IMG/VR virus record: IMGVR_UViG_3300005095_000173
Location: 12,786-76,785 of that record
From: a virus
Length of the DNA stretch: 64,000 bases
Strand: one strand, 5' to 3'
Below, piece by piece: positions 18,491-27,868 of this stretch. Under the pieces are notes generated by a model. That model searched no databases. It was not told where the DNA came from and was given only the letters and a program-made list of their open reading frames with translations. Position numbers and translations under genes: made by a program. The first letter of the stretch is position 1. The number at the start of each line of letters is the position of its first letter.

Positions 18491-20773
18491 TTACATTAGT
18501 ACCTGTGTAATCTTACTCTTATCTCTGTAAATTGTTCCACCCTTTAATCTATATTCCCACATAAGCATAAATGCTTTTTCAACATCTTCAATAGTCGCTT
18601 CATGTGGCATATTGATTGTTTTACTAACAGAATTGCTGATATACTTCTGCCAAGCGGCCTGCATTTTAATGTGTTCTTCTGGTGTAAGTTCTTTTGAAGT
18701 AATAAATACTTTCTGTAATTTCTCTGGAACGTGGGGGGCATCTTTAAGTGTTCCATTCTCCAATACATATTCTTTCACTTCTTCAATTTGTTCTTCTGTA
18801 AGACCATACTTTCTTAATTTACTTTCAAGTAAGTCATTCATTATAATTACAGTCTTGATTGCATCATTTTCTCCAAGAGAGATATTTCGCTTATACGCTA
18901 AGGCGAAGAAAGGTTCAATGGCAGAATTTACTTCACCAATTAATGCAATACTTCCAGTAGGTTGAATTGCCGTCCAAGATACATTCCGTAGAGGACGCTT
19001 CACATTATAGTTAACTCCATCACGGTTCATTACCTTCTCTATAAATGCAAAGTTTACTTTTTCAGAATCATATAACTCAAATGCTCCCTTTTCCTCGCCT
19101 AAGTTATATGATTCATCAATTGCAATTGCGGTAATAAACCAACTTAGATACTCCGCTAATTTATAGGCTTCCTCGCTATTGTATGGAATCTCTAACAGGG
19201 CGAGTAAATCTGCCCATCCCATTACGCCTAAACCCATTCTCCGTAAACTTCTTACGACTTTATTAATATCTTCTAATGGAGTTTTGGAGACAGTAATTAC
19301 ATCGTCCAAAAATCGTATAGAAATTCTTATCACTTCTTCTAACAATGGAAAGTTAATTGAATTTGTTTCTTCTTCATAAAACTTAGGTAAATTAATGGCA
19401 CCTAAATTACAGGCTTCTTTGTCAAATAGGAAAATTTCTCCACAGTTATGAATTACAAAACCATTAGCGATAGATTCAGGTTCTCCTTCTTTTACTTTGA
19501 AGTCAAATACATCTACTGGTTCTTCATGCTCGACAATCTCTATAATGACATCCTCTGAAATAGTATTGTTATCGTAAACAATGACAGTCTCGTTTAATAA
19601 ATACTGTGCTTCTCTCCATTCACCATTTGAAAGTTTTACTAAATGGTCTGGAGTAAGAGTAATTTCTTTTCCAAATTTTGTTTTTAGAGTAATTACTTTC
19701 TTTTTACCCGTCCACCAAATTAATTTATCACCAGCATCATATACTCTAGATAAAATACCATTCTCTAATTTAGTATAAAATGGAGTCGCCTGAAATTTAT
19801 CTAAATCTCCAATTCTATAGTAACAGTCTTCGTGGTTACATTTGTTATTTTTTAATATCGTATCACCAATAATACATGGATTTGACCCTCTTAATGCTCC
19901 ATAATAAGGGACAATATTATCTTCGTTTACTCTATCTAAAAATATAACTCCAGGGTCTCCACTTTCCCACGCTCTTGCCGCCATTAGTTTTAACAAACCT
20001 TTAGCCTTTACTTTCTTCTTTACTTTACCGTCTAAAGGTGATACTAATTCCCATTCTTTATCTTCTTTTACTGCTTTCATAAAATCATCTAAAACACCCA
20101 CAGAAATATTGAAATGCGTCATCTGAGTATCTCTCAGTACTTCTGCAATTGTTTTTTGAACATTATCTGCTAATTTCTCTCCTTCTCGCTTTTCAAATAA
20201 CTTCTTTACAGTAGCAATAAATTGCTTTGACTTCTCAGACAAAGTAGATTTCATATTAATGAATTCTATAATATCTGGGTGGTCAACATTTAGAATTGCC
20301 ATTTGAGCGCCTCTTCGTGAGGCTTGCTCAATTACCTCACCTGTAGTATCAAATAATTCCATGAATGAAACTGGCCCACTTGCTTTACCACCAGTACCTT
20401 TAATATATGCTCCCTTTTCTCTTAGTTGAGAAAAGTTATAACCTAATCCACCACCATGTGCAAAGATTTCAGCCGCATTCTTTAGTGTTTCATAAATACC
20501 TTGGCGGCTATCTTCAATATCCATATAAAAACAGTTCATCAGATTCTCGATTTCTGTTCCAGCATTAGCAAGAATTCTACCACCAGGAATAAAGTATCGT
20601 TCATAAATAATTTGATAAAACTTTCTCATCCAATAGTTCTGTAACTCTTCTGTTTCTTCTGCCTTGGCTACATGTGATACCACACGTAATACTGTATCTT
20701 CCCAACCATTTTCACCTGGTTTTTGATATTTACTCTTGTAAACAAAATTTGCGACGTCGCTCTTGAAAGTCAT
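18491..20773 (-). CDS. nrdJ: class II (B12-dependent) ribonucleotide reductase with mini-intein
   Basis: FIPGGRILANAG, NCF, RRGAQM, HPDI, NPC/CGEI split by intein, CNLGAINL, QPTGS, SVSKTIN, KGGTIYRD. Confidence 0.9.
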   Translation of the reverse strand: MTFKSDVANFVYKSKYQKPGENGWEDTVLRVVSHVAKAEETEELQNYWMRKFYQIIYERYFIPGGRILANAGTEIENLMNCFYMDIEDSRQGIYETLKNAAEIFAHGGGLGYNFSQLREKGAYIKGTGGKASGPVSFMELFDTTGEVIEQASRRGAQMAILNVDHPDIIEFINMKSTLSEKSKQFIATVKKLFEKREGEKLADNVQKTIAEVLRDTQMTHFNISVGVLDDFMKAVKEDKEWELVSPLDGKVKKKVKAKGLLKLMAARAWESGDPGVIFLDRVNEDNIVPYYGALRGSNPCIIGDTILKNNKCNHEDCYYRIGDLDKFQATPFYTKLENGILSRVYDAGDKLIWWTGKKKVITLKTKFGKEITLTPDHLVKLSNGEWREAQYLLNETVIVYDNNTISEDVIIEIVEHEEPVDVFDFKVKEGEPESIANGFVIHNCGEIFLFDKEACNLGAINLPKFYEEETNSINFPLLEEVIRISIRFLDDVITVSKTPLEDINKVVRSLRRMGLGVMGWADLLALLEIPYNSEEAYKLAEYLSWFITAIAIDESYNLGEEKGAFELYDSEKVNFAFIEKVMNRDGVNYNVKRPLRNVSWTAIQPTGSIALIGEVNSAIEPFFALAYKRNISLGENDAIKTVIIMNDLLESKLRKYGLTEEQIEEVKEYVLENGTLKDAPHVPEKLQKVFITSKELTPEEHIKMQAAWQKYISNSVSKTINMPHEATIEDVEKAFMLMWEYRLKGGTIYRDKSKITQVLM
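19445..19876 (-). mobile_element. mini-intein (144 aa) in NrdJ
   Basis: starts CIIGDT after NP, block B TPDH, ends VFDF...IHN before Cys; no endonuclease domain. Confidence 0.88.
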
Positions 20774-20792
20774 ACTGCCTCCTTCTCATAAT

Positions 20793-20832
20793 GTAAAATA
20801 AAAGGGGCAGACTTAAACTTCATCTGCCCCTT
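20793..20832 (-). terminator. terminator-like hairpin just upstream of nrdJ
   Basis: AAGGGGCAGA/TCTGCCCCTT stem followed by TTATTTT on the minus strand. Confidence 0.55.
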
Positions 20833-20857
20833 GAAAGTCCTAGGGGTTTTATATTAA

Positions 20858-21103
20858 TTATACCACGAAACGCTTAAATCGTTTCCCAGCATTTTTTATC
20901 AAATCAGAGAGTTCCTTCTTCGACAAGTTTATTCCGCCAATCCCTTGCACACATTCTCCTTCACATGCAAACATAACTACAGCGTTAAATCCACCAACAT
21001 TTGCCTTATAAAGAGTCAATGACTTAGCCCAATCAGGCTTATCCATCCTTTTATATGCTACATTATCTTTAGAAATCCAGAAAAATATTACACACTCAGG
21101 CAT
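20858..21103 (-). CDS. hypothetical protein
   Basis: GAGGAG RBS. Confidence 0.6.
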   Translation of the reverse strand: MPECVIFFWISKDNVAYKRMDKPDWAKSLTLYKANVGGFNAVVMFACEGECVQGIGGINLSKKELSDLIKNAGKRFKRFVV

Positions 21104-21148
21104 AACTCCTCTACCAATCTTAAGAATTGTTTAAAAACTAATACCATC

Positions 21149-21613
21149 TTACCAGTCCTCTAATTCTTCTTCTGTAATTGCTTCGGCTTTAGTTACCTGA
21201 GTTACAATACCGCCTTTTCCTGAACGTTCAGACTTTGCTTCCAACTCTTTCACTTCTACAATCTCGGGTGTAGCAATCTTTACAAATACCCCCTGACCAA
21301 TTGGGTCTCCATGCTTAATAGCAATTGGTCGGTCAAAAATATTGAAAATCTTAAACATAATCTCACCAGGTTCATAGTAAGCATCAACTACACCTGCACC
21401 AATTAACCAGTTGTTTTTCCCCTTTGGTTTCAATAATAGCATATATCCCTCTGGAATTTCTACAGAAACCCCAGTTTTTACAATCTTGAAACCATGTGGC
21501 TCAATAATATAATTCCCATGAGCATAAAAATCCATCCCTGCATCAGTAGGGTTTTTACGTGTTGGAATTAGGGCATCTTCTTTTAGTTTAGTAGCCTTGA
21601 CTTCATTTAGCAT
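21149..21613 (-). CDS. dut: trimeric dUTPase
   Basis: DAGMD, TGV, GVVDAYY.GE, GQ, RSGKGG motifs. Confidence 0.88.
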   Translation of the reverse strand: MLNEVKATKLKEDALIPTRKNPTDAGMDFYAHGNYIIEPHGFKIVKTGVSVEIPEGYMLLLKPKGKNNWLIGAGVVDAYYEPGEIMFKIFNIFDRPIAIKHGDPIGQGVFVKIATPEIVEVKELEAKSERSGKGGIVTQVTKAEAITEEELEDW

Positions 21614-21624
21614 TATCTTCCTCC

Positions 21625-22164
21625 TTATACCAAATGTCTATATCCGAAGTAAAATCCATCAAATGGATTTCTAAATCTTGGTTCTGTTACATCAGGATGA
21701 GAAAAACTCTGAACGCAAACTGCAATTGTATTTCTATGATTTACTAAATTCTCTAATCTGTCATCTAATAAAATATTAACATCATTTTCTTCACAGAATC
21801 GCTGTTTGTTATTTGTAAAGAATACTGCTTCTGGAGCGGGGAAATCCTTCAACCACTGCTTTGTAGTAAACTCTACCTCTTTTGGACGAGAAGTTAGATA
21901 AATAATTTCTACTGGGTATTCTTCATATATTCTCCAAACACTTGCGATAATATCAGGATTAGGAAGCCGTCTTCCGTAAATCTCAGGAATTCGCATAATA
22001 TTTTCTATAAAACGGGCGTTCTTATTTCTCAAGAATTTGAACGCCTCTTTTACCGTTGTCCCTTTTGGAAGCATTCCCTTATCTACTGCCCAATCTCGGA
22101 ATACTTCATGGTAAGGGTAAAGTACTCCGTCTAAATCAATTGCCATAAGAAAAGGCTTCATCAA
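21625..22164 (-). CDS. HAD-family 5'(3')-nucleotidase-like
   Basis: DLDGVL, LTSRP, K, LDDR. Confidence 0.8.
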   Translation of the reverse strand: MMKPFLMAIDLDGVLYPYHEVFRDWAVDKGMLPKGTTVKEAFKFLRNKNARFIENIMRIPEIYGRRLPNPDIIASVWRIYEEYPVEIIYLTSRPKEVEFTTKQWLKDFPAPEAVFFTNNKQRFCEENDVNILLDDRLENLVNHRNTIAVCVQSFSHPDVTEPRFRNPFDGFYFGYRHLV

Positions 22165-22369
22165 TTATCTCCTGCTCAAGAATAGATAGTTTTTCCATGT
22201 ACACTTTTAGTTCTCGGTCAACATTTTCTAAAGTAACATCACCAAGAATTCGTTGGAATAAAACCTCATCAAATTCTTTCATATCGTTTAGTGCATAATA
22301 AACATTTTCTAGTTTCTCAACGATATTTCTATGGCGTTTTAATTCGTTGTATAAATTTCTCATTACCAA
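22136..22369 (-). CDS. hypothetical protein
   Basis: coupled ORF. Confidence 0.55.
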   Translation of the reverse strand: MVMRNLYNELKRHRNIVEKLENVYYALNDMKEFDEVLFQRILGDVTLENVDRELKVYMEKLSILEQEIIDEAFSYGN

Positions 22370-22821
22370 TCCTCCTCATCAGGTTTAGGACATACTCGCT
22401 TAGCAATATTAATTACTCCATTTGTTAATCTTTCTTCTAATTCAGATAAACTACCGAATTCATGTTGTACGCCACCTGGTGGGTTTGATAACCAGGTAAA
22501 CACATAAGACAATGCCACATTTCCTTCAACAGTAAGTGGGTCATAACTCTTTCCGTAATAGTCATTTGTTTGGTAAATTCCCTGTTCAAGAATGTCCCAT
22601 AACTTTCTTGCATACCATTCTAATACTGCTTTCTTAAGTGTGTCATTCAACGGTAAGTCATCAATGCTACTGTAAACATTATTTAGTTCTTCTCCCTCAG
22701 CAAATTTCAACGCCTTCTTCAATACCTCTGGAGAGTATACAGAACCTAAAGTTTTCACTAACTCATCTTCAGGAATTTGATACTTCAATCGGTTGAAAAT
22801 GGATTTCTTACTCATTACCAT
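22363..22821 (-). CDS. hypothetical protein
   Basis: coupled ORF with RBS. Confidence 0.65.
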   Translation of the reverse strand: MVMSKKSIFNRLKYQIPEDELVKTLGSVYSPEVLKKALKFAEGEELNNVYSSIDDLPLNDTLKKAVLEWYARKLWDILEQGIYQTNDYYGKSYDPLTVEGNVALSYVFTWLSNPPGGVQHEFGSLSELEERLTNGVINIAKRVCPKPDEEDW

Positions 22822-24593
22822 GCTCCTCGGTTTTTTGCGTTTCTCCAGGCATAAAACACATGAGGGTAAATACTTTCTAAAATCTTCTCAACACCTTGGG
22901 CTACCTCTCTTGCTTCATATTGTGCGTGTTCAGATAGCCGTAAATCAAGAAAATGTAGCCAGTTTCGGATATTAGCAGTCATGTAAAACTTTGTCATCAT
23001 GCTTACAGGTAATAATGCACGTGCCTGCTCTTTTACAACTCCTAATTCCAATGCTCTCTTGTATTTATTGAGAGAACTATTATAATTATCTACTAACATT
23101 TCAATATATTCTTCAGCCGCCTCTTCACTAATATATTCTGGAGATACAAATCTAACTTGTTCTTTTGGTGGAAACCAAAATTTAATTTCTGATTTCGTGT
23201 ACCTACGACTAATTTCATTGTAAGAATTATGGGTAATAATTCCATTACCAATAAAATTGTGATAAGGCCCTTCCACAACAATATCATAAGTGTCTTCCAC
23301 ACCAACAAACGAAATTCTCCTTACTTTCACAGGTTTGGCTCCAAATTTTTTTGCTGGCTTTGGTCTCTTATACGTTCCTAATTGTTTGTGAAGTTTCTTA
23401 TGGCATTCTTCACATACAGAAATTAGATTATTAAAATCATATGCCAATTCTGGGTATTCTACAACGGGCTTAATATGATGAGCATGTAATTTACCTCCAA
23501 GTTTTCCGCATACCTGACAAGTATAATCATATTTTTTATGCACTTTATGCGCTATTTGAGTAGTCCAACGTGCTATTTTCTGTCTTTCAGTAGAAACTCC
23601 TCCTCTCCAAAAATTTGATTTTGGTCCACTTCTTGCTTCTCGTATCTTTTGCTTCTGTTCTTCAGTTACTATTCGATTAATTTTATACCCTTTTAGCCCT
23701 TTATTCCAAGGTGGTTTTCCATTTACTCCCAATAAATTCTGTAAAGGATCAAATTGTAATCCAAACTTTTTGAGATATTTTCTAATCGTAGAATAACTAC
23801 ACCCAGCCGCATCCGCCATCTGTTGAACAGACCATCCTTTTTCTCTTTTATCCTTCAACCACAGTTTATTTCTATAAAGTGGTTCTCCATTAGTAAGAAA
23901 CCAACAATCTTTAGTCATGGCCCAAGTATTCCCTTTTTTAACTAATCCAACAGCATCTTCTAAACGCTCCCAACCATTCATAGTAAGAAATTTATGGTCT
24001 TTAGTCGCTTTTATACTCTTGCCGTCTTCTAACTCGACTAAAAATACTTCTTTTTTACCACTATAGATAATATCTTGAATATGTCCAACTGTAAATTCTT
24101 TATTTTCTTCATCATAAACTCTCAATAACTTATTCTGTATTCTTTTCTTACTAAATTCATTTTTGTGAAACCTATTATATAATTCTTTAATAGTATGAAG
24201 TCCAGGTCTAGATTCGTCCTGAGCAACATTATGTCCGTATTTTCTGTACCTATCTGGTCTAACAAATGTTATTTTTGTGTCCCCAGATAAGCAAAAAGTT
24301 CTATGTCGCATAATCTGACGGGCAATAAAGATTGGCGTTTCAATTAGTACAGTAGCAGAAATATGCTCAAATGGGCCTAAGTGCCCATCATTCATTAATC
24401 TCTGTAGCAATTCAAAATCTTTTTCATACCCTTTACTACGATCATTAAGATTATAACTTACTCGTGCAGCTTCAACTACACGATAACTGTTTCCCATATA
24501 ATCAACAAGTACAATCGTAGTTCCGTCTACAAAACTATGAAATTTAATAACATCATTCTCACATACTGAATAGAAACACTTTTCAGATAGCAT
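22815..24593 (-). CDS. thyX: flavin-dependent thymidylate synthase with intein
   Basis: AARVSY, GHLGPFEH, RQIMRHRTF|intein|SYNEISRRY, EQARALLP, HAQYE. Confidence 0.92.
   Translation of the reverse strand: MLSEKCFYSVCENDVIKFHSFVDGTTIVLVDYMGNSYRVVEAARVSYNLNDRSKGYEKDFELLQRLMNDGHLGPFEHISATVLIETPIFIARQIMRHRTFCLSGDTKITFVRPDRYRKYGHNVAQDESRPGLHTIKELYNRFHKNEFSKKRIQNKLLRVYDEENKEFTVGHIQDIIYSGKKEVFLVELEDGKSIKATKDHKFLTMNGWERLEDAVGLVKKGNTWAMTKDCWFLTNGEPLYRNKLWLKDKREKGWSVQQMADAAGCSYSTIRKYLKKFGLQFDPLQNLLGVNGKPPWNKGLKGYKINRIVTEEQKQKIREARSGPKSNFWRGGVSTERQKIARWTTQIAHKVHKKYDYTCQVCGKLGGKLHAHHIKPVVEYPELAYDFNNLISVCEECHKKLHKQLGTYKRPKPAKKFGAKPVKVRRISFVGVEDTYDIVVEGPYHNFIGNGIITHNSYNEISRRYTKSEIKFWFPPKEQVRFVSPEYISEEAAEEYIEMLVDNYNSSLNKYKRALELGVVKEQARALLPVSMMTKFYMTANIRNWLHFLDLRLSEHAQYEAREVAQGVEKILESIYPHVFYAWRNAKNRGAW
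23226..24293 (-). mobile_element. intein (356 aa) with HTH-NUMOD3-HNH homing endonuclease
   Basis: CLSGDT start, ATKDH block B, TYDI...THN end before Ser; internal CQVC...HAHHI...NL...CEECH. Confidence 0.9.
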
Positions 24594-24813
24594 TCTCTTT
24601 TACCTCTTCATAATATGGATAGAGTAAATTTACAATGTCCTCTTTACTATCAGGGAGACCGCACCAGCCACACGCCATTGAATCTGAATATGCTCTCCAC
24701 AGTTTATACGCCGTCCATTTATCAATAATTGTGTTTTCGATAACAGCAAATGCCAAGCAAATTTGTTTAATATCTTCTTCATATTCATTGAATTCTTCTA
24801 GTACAGGGTTCAT
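24583..24813 (-). CDS. small acidic hypothetical protein
   Basis: RBS; WRAYSDSMACGW motif. Confidence 0.6.
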   Translation of the reverse strand: MNPVLEEFNEYEEDIKQICLAFAVIENTIIDKWTAYKLWRAYSDSMACGWCGLPDSKEDIVNLLYPYYEEVKENAI

Positions 24814-25229
24814 TGCTCCACCTTTTGTTCCAATGTTAAAGTAACTTTAACATTATCATTCTCAATAATGTATTCTGTCTTCCCAGGTTTCATAAGAATA
24901 TTCACATTATTAGACCCTATTGCTCCAATTATATTGTCAACAGCCTTAGAGATACCTACAATAAAATCGTCATCGAATGTAATGCGCTTGCCTGGGTGCA
25001 ACTTACTATGAAGTAAATCTGCAACTTTCTTTTCTTCCATTTTTGTATAATCAATCCAGTCCACATAACTATCACCAGAAACTTTAACCCAAGCGTCTCT
25101 AATTTCATGTACTGTAGGCGAATCATGGAGATAATACTTTTTATAAATATATAACATATCAATTGCTTGTTGCATTTGTGTCCAAATTTTTGCACTCAAG
25201 TACTCATAACTTTCCAGGTAATCTTTCAT
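24810..25229 (-). CDS. hypothetical protein
   Basis: GAGAGG RBS before MKDYLES. Confidence 0.6.
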   Translation of the reverse strand: MKDYLESYEYLSAKIWTQMQQAIDMLYIYKKYYLHDSPTVHEIRDAWVKVSGDSYVDWIDYTKMEEKKVADLLHSKLHPGKRITFDDDFIVGISKAVDNIIGAIGSNNVNILMKPGKTEYIIENDNVKVTLTLEQKVEQ

Positions 25230-25242
25230 TTTACCTCTCCTT

Positions 25243-26118
25243 TTATTCAATCATATAGTAATTGTTGGATATATAATCTAAAAATTCCTTGTCAGTTTTT
25301 CCGTCTCTAAACCAATCTACAATATCATACTTATCTCTAAACCCGTCGAATGTGATAATTCTACACCGATTTGCTCCTAATTTCCTGGCTAATCTCTTAG
25401 CACCTTTTCTCCCAGCATCATCATTATCAAAGACAATATAAATCAATTCTTGGCGAATGAATTTCACCAGGAAGTCTTCTCTCCATCCACCACTGCCTGC
25501 ATCAGTAGTAATAGATGGAATATTATATTGTCTAAGTAGAATAGCGTCTACAAGTCCTTCTGTAAACACTACCCAATTACTATCTTTTAGTACATCATCT
25601 CCCCAAAGAGAAACTCCAGTACCAGAATACCATTTAGTAATTTTTTTCTCAGGGAAGTCTCTTCGCATCTGAATGTTCTTTAATGTATATTCTTCAAAGA
25701 CTGGAACCGTAAACCAACCATCAAAAAATCCCAGTCTAAACTTATCAATAGTTTCATCTGTTAGGCAACGAGTGTACCAATACTCTCTAAATGCCTTCCC
25801 ATTCTCCCAGAATATGTCTACAAGTCTTGGGTAAGTAACTACTGTATTTCCCTTTTGAAACTGCACATGATAATTACTTGGGTATCTCTTTGATAGCTCT
25901 TCTAATACTTTTACTGCGTTGTTGTGAGAAAGACTCTCTACCCTTGTGAGCCACTTATAGGGGCCGCCGTAGATACCCTCGCTATTCCAGAAGAAGGTGC
26001 CATCCTCAAGATTAAGAACCAAGCTATCATGCTCCTTCGTCCTTGCCCACCTATCACTATCTCTTACAACCGTAAATTTCCTGCCTACGACGGCCTCTAT
26101 GAGTGTTTTCATTTCCAC
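25243..26118 (-). CDS. DNA primase (TOPRIM)
   Basis: TEGLVDA, FDNDDAG, KYDIVDW. Confidence 0.85.
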   Translation of the reverse strand: MEMKTLIEAVVGRKFTVVRDSDRWARTKEHDSLVLNLEDGTFFWNSEGIYGGPYKWLTRVESLSHNNAVKVLEELSKRYPSNYHVQFQKGNTVVTYPRLVDIFWENGKAFREYWYTRCLTDETIDKFRLGFFDGWFTVPVFEEYTLKNIQMRRDFPEKKITKWYSGTGVSLWGDDVLKDSNWVVFTEGLVDAILLRQYNIPSITTDAGSGGWREDFLVKFIRQELIYIVFDNDDAGRKGAKRLARKLGANRCRIITFDGFRDKYDIVDWFRDGKTDKEFLDYISNNYYMIE

Positions 26119-26124
26119 TCCTCC

Positions 26125-26295
26125 TTACAATTCTAGTTTTAGATATTCGTCAACATACACACTAAAATACTCTTCAGGTAAATCAAGAATGATAGCATCC
26201 ACAAAACTCTCACTTGGCTTTGCAGTGAATAGAAACTCACGCCAATCGTCAACAGTCTCGATTTCATATTCCTTATTTTTATGTTGTACTAGCAT
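26125..26295 (-). CDS. small acidic hypothetical protein (56 aa, not in ORF track)
   Basis: AGGAGG RBS; fills the gap between deaminase and primase. Confidence 0.55.
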   Translation of the reverse strand: MLVQHKNKEYEIETVDDWREFLFTAKPSESFVDAIILDLPEEYFSVYVDEYLKLEL

Positions 26296-26305
26296 ATATC
26301 CTCCT

Positions 26306-26725
26306 TTATAGATAGATTACACCATATTCATCAGTATCAGTAGTGTAAACTGCTTTTTTAACTCCAGCCTTTCTAAGTAATTCTTGACATACTTCGCAGG
26401 GTTTTGACATTCCTTTTACAACTTCATGTGTTACATCATCTATTTTTTCACGATACAAATAAATAGTAGCTCCAGTAAGATCTGTTCTTGCCGCGATTAG
26501 CGCCGACATTTCAGCGTGTATAGACCTAATATGATGCGTCTTCTTAGACCTTACACTGTAGATAATAGGGTGCGTTTTTGAATCTTTATTAAAACCCATT
26601 GATACTACATTACCATTCTTTACAATAACAGCACCTATTTTTGCACGATGGTGCGTAGAATGTGTGCTAACAGTAGCCGCTAATTTCAAAAGACTTTTGT
26701 CCTTATTAGACGGCTCATACTTCAT
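26306..26725 (-). CDS. cytidine/dCMP deaminase family protein
   Basis: GAVIV, GFN, HAE, PCEVC. Confidence 0.85.
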   Translation of the reverse strand: MKYEPSNKDKSLLKLAATVSTHSTHHRAKIGAVIVKNGNVVSMGFNKDSKTHPIIYSVRSKKTHHIRSIHAEMSALIAARTDLTGATIYLYREKIDDVTHEVVKGMSKPCEVCQELLRKAGVKKAVYTTDTDEYGVIYL

Positions 26726-27041
26726 AGTATTCCTCCAGAGTAATTGGATCTTCTTCTCCTGGAAGATAGATAACTACATTTCCATACTGGTCAACAACAT
26801 GTACTGTAGCATCAGAAGGACATAACTCAAGCAATTCTTCAAGATTTGTGGATACAATTTGACCTGTTGCCTTTGACTGATCAACCACAGGAATAACTCC
26901 AGAATTTCGTACTGTAACAACAAGTCCAATACCGTCTAATTGTGATAGTAATTGTTTATCTTCCAACGCAATAGGCTCAACAGGGAGTAATGCAGAAGTT
27001 AATGCATATTTATCTCCGCTCCAGTAGATGATACAGTCCAT
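26715..27041 (-). CDS. hypothetical protein
   Basis: coupled ORF. Confidence 0.6.
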   Translation of the reverse strand: MDCIIYWSGDKYALTSALLPVEPIALEDKQLLSQLDGIGLVVTVRNSGVIPVVDQSKATGQIVSTNLEELLELCPSDATVHVVDQYGNVVIYLPGEEDPITLEEYYEV

Positions 27042-27367
27042 TATTTATCCTCCATAGGAATTGGGGTCTTAAGAGATGCATACATATCTCCAATAGAATA
27101 TTGAGAAAACTTTTCATAAGGAACTTCAAACTTTCCTAAAATACCTTTATCATCACATACGACTAAGTACCAAGTATCTGGAATAATATGTACCGATGTA
27201 ACCTTCTTCTGCTCTCCTCCAACAAATACAGTATAATATGTATCTACATAATGTTCAGGTACAAATTGTTTGTCGCATACAACATAAGTTTCTTTCTTGC
27301 TGGTAAGAGCTCCAAGCATAGCAATAAGAAGTAGAAAAGTTAGAAATATTAATTTCTTCATTTGCAC
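27041..27367 (-). CDS. N-terminally anchored hypothetical protein
   Basis: signal/TM segment at N-terminus. Confidence 0.6.
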   Translation of the reverse strand: MQMKKLIFLTFLLLIAMLGALTSKKETYVVCDKQFVPEHYVDTYYTVFVGGEQKKVTSVHIIPDTWYLVVCDDKGILGKFEVPYEKFSQYSIGDMYASLKTPIPMEDK

Positions 27368-27687
27368 TCTCCAGTTAAAATTGCTGGAAGGGTAAAGATA
27401 AGATTAATTGGTTCGCTGTCTTTAAGAGTGTAGACACTAGCGTTTACCAGCACAGAACATAAAGAACTTCGCTTTACAGTAAATCCAGGGTAAATATTGA
27501 CATTTCCCGTAAGCTCATAAATAAAGTCATATATGCTCGCTGGTAACTGAACATCAGCAATAATCTTATCATAAATAAAGACGCTATGATCTCTACCAAG
27601 ATTTAGGTGGATTTTTGATAAGATTGATGCTGAAATACCACGTTTAATATTTTCTGCGTCATTGTACAACTTGGTATACAGGTTCAC
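27358..27687 (-). CDS. hypothetical protein
   Basis: AGGAGG RBS, GTG start. Confidence 0.6.
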   Translation of the reverse strand: MNLYTKLYNDAENIKRGISASILSKIHLNLGRDHSVFIYDKIIADVQLPASIYDFIYELTGNVNIYPGFTVKRSSLCSVLVNASVYTLKDSEPINLIFTLPAILTGECK

Positions 27688-27728
27688 TTATACCCTCCTT
27701 TCAGGAATATTTGTTATTAGTCTACAAG

Positions 27729-27801
27729 AGCCCTGGGTGGGATTTGAACCCACACACTGATGCTTAGAGGGCACCTGCTCTGTCCGTTGAGCTACCAGGG
27801 C
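27729..27801 (-). tRNA. tRNA-Arg(UCU), atypical C33, no encoded CCA
   Basis: acceptor GCCCTGG/CCAGGGC, D-loop with A20, anticodon arm GGTGC-CCTCTAA-GCATC, T-arm GTGGG-TTCAAAT-CCCAC. Confidence 0.85.
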
Positions 27802-27807
27802 ATGGAA

Positions 27808-27868
27808 CAGGGGCACTTTTACTAAAATTTTCAAGAATTTAGTATAAATGTATTGCGGAAGTGCCCCT
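27808..27868 (-). ncRNA. UUCMGCAA structured RNA element, copy E
   Basis: AGGGGCAC/GTGCCCCT closing stem, TTCCGCAA, inner hairpin with loop CTTGAAA. Confidence 0.7.

Noticed and set aside
20774-20857. Cobalamin riboswitch upstream of nrdJ
   Set aside because: Intergenic space is only ~85 nt and no B12-box is visible
27729-27801. Amber suppressor (CUA) reading of the CTCTAA loop and possible stop-codon recoding
   Set aside because: Stem pairing centres UCU in the loop, A20 indicates Arg, and long genes are intact in the standard code with TAG used as a normal stop
27808-27868. Calling element E (or A-D) a tRNA or a simple terminator
   Set aside because: No T-arm or D-arm and no U-tract after the stem; the shared UUCMGCAA motif groups it with the upstream copies
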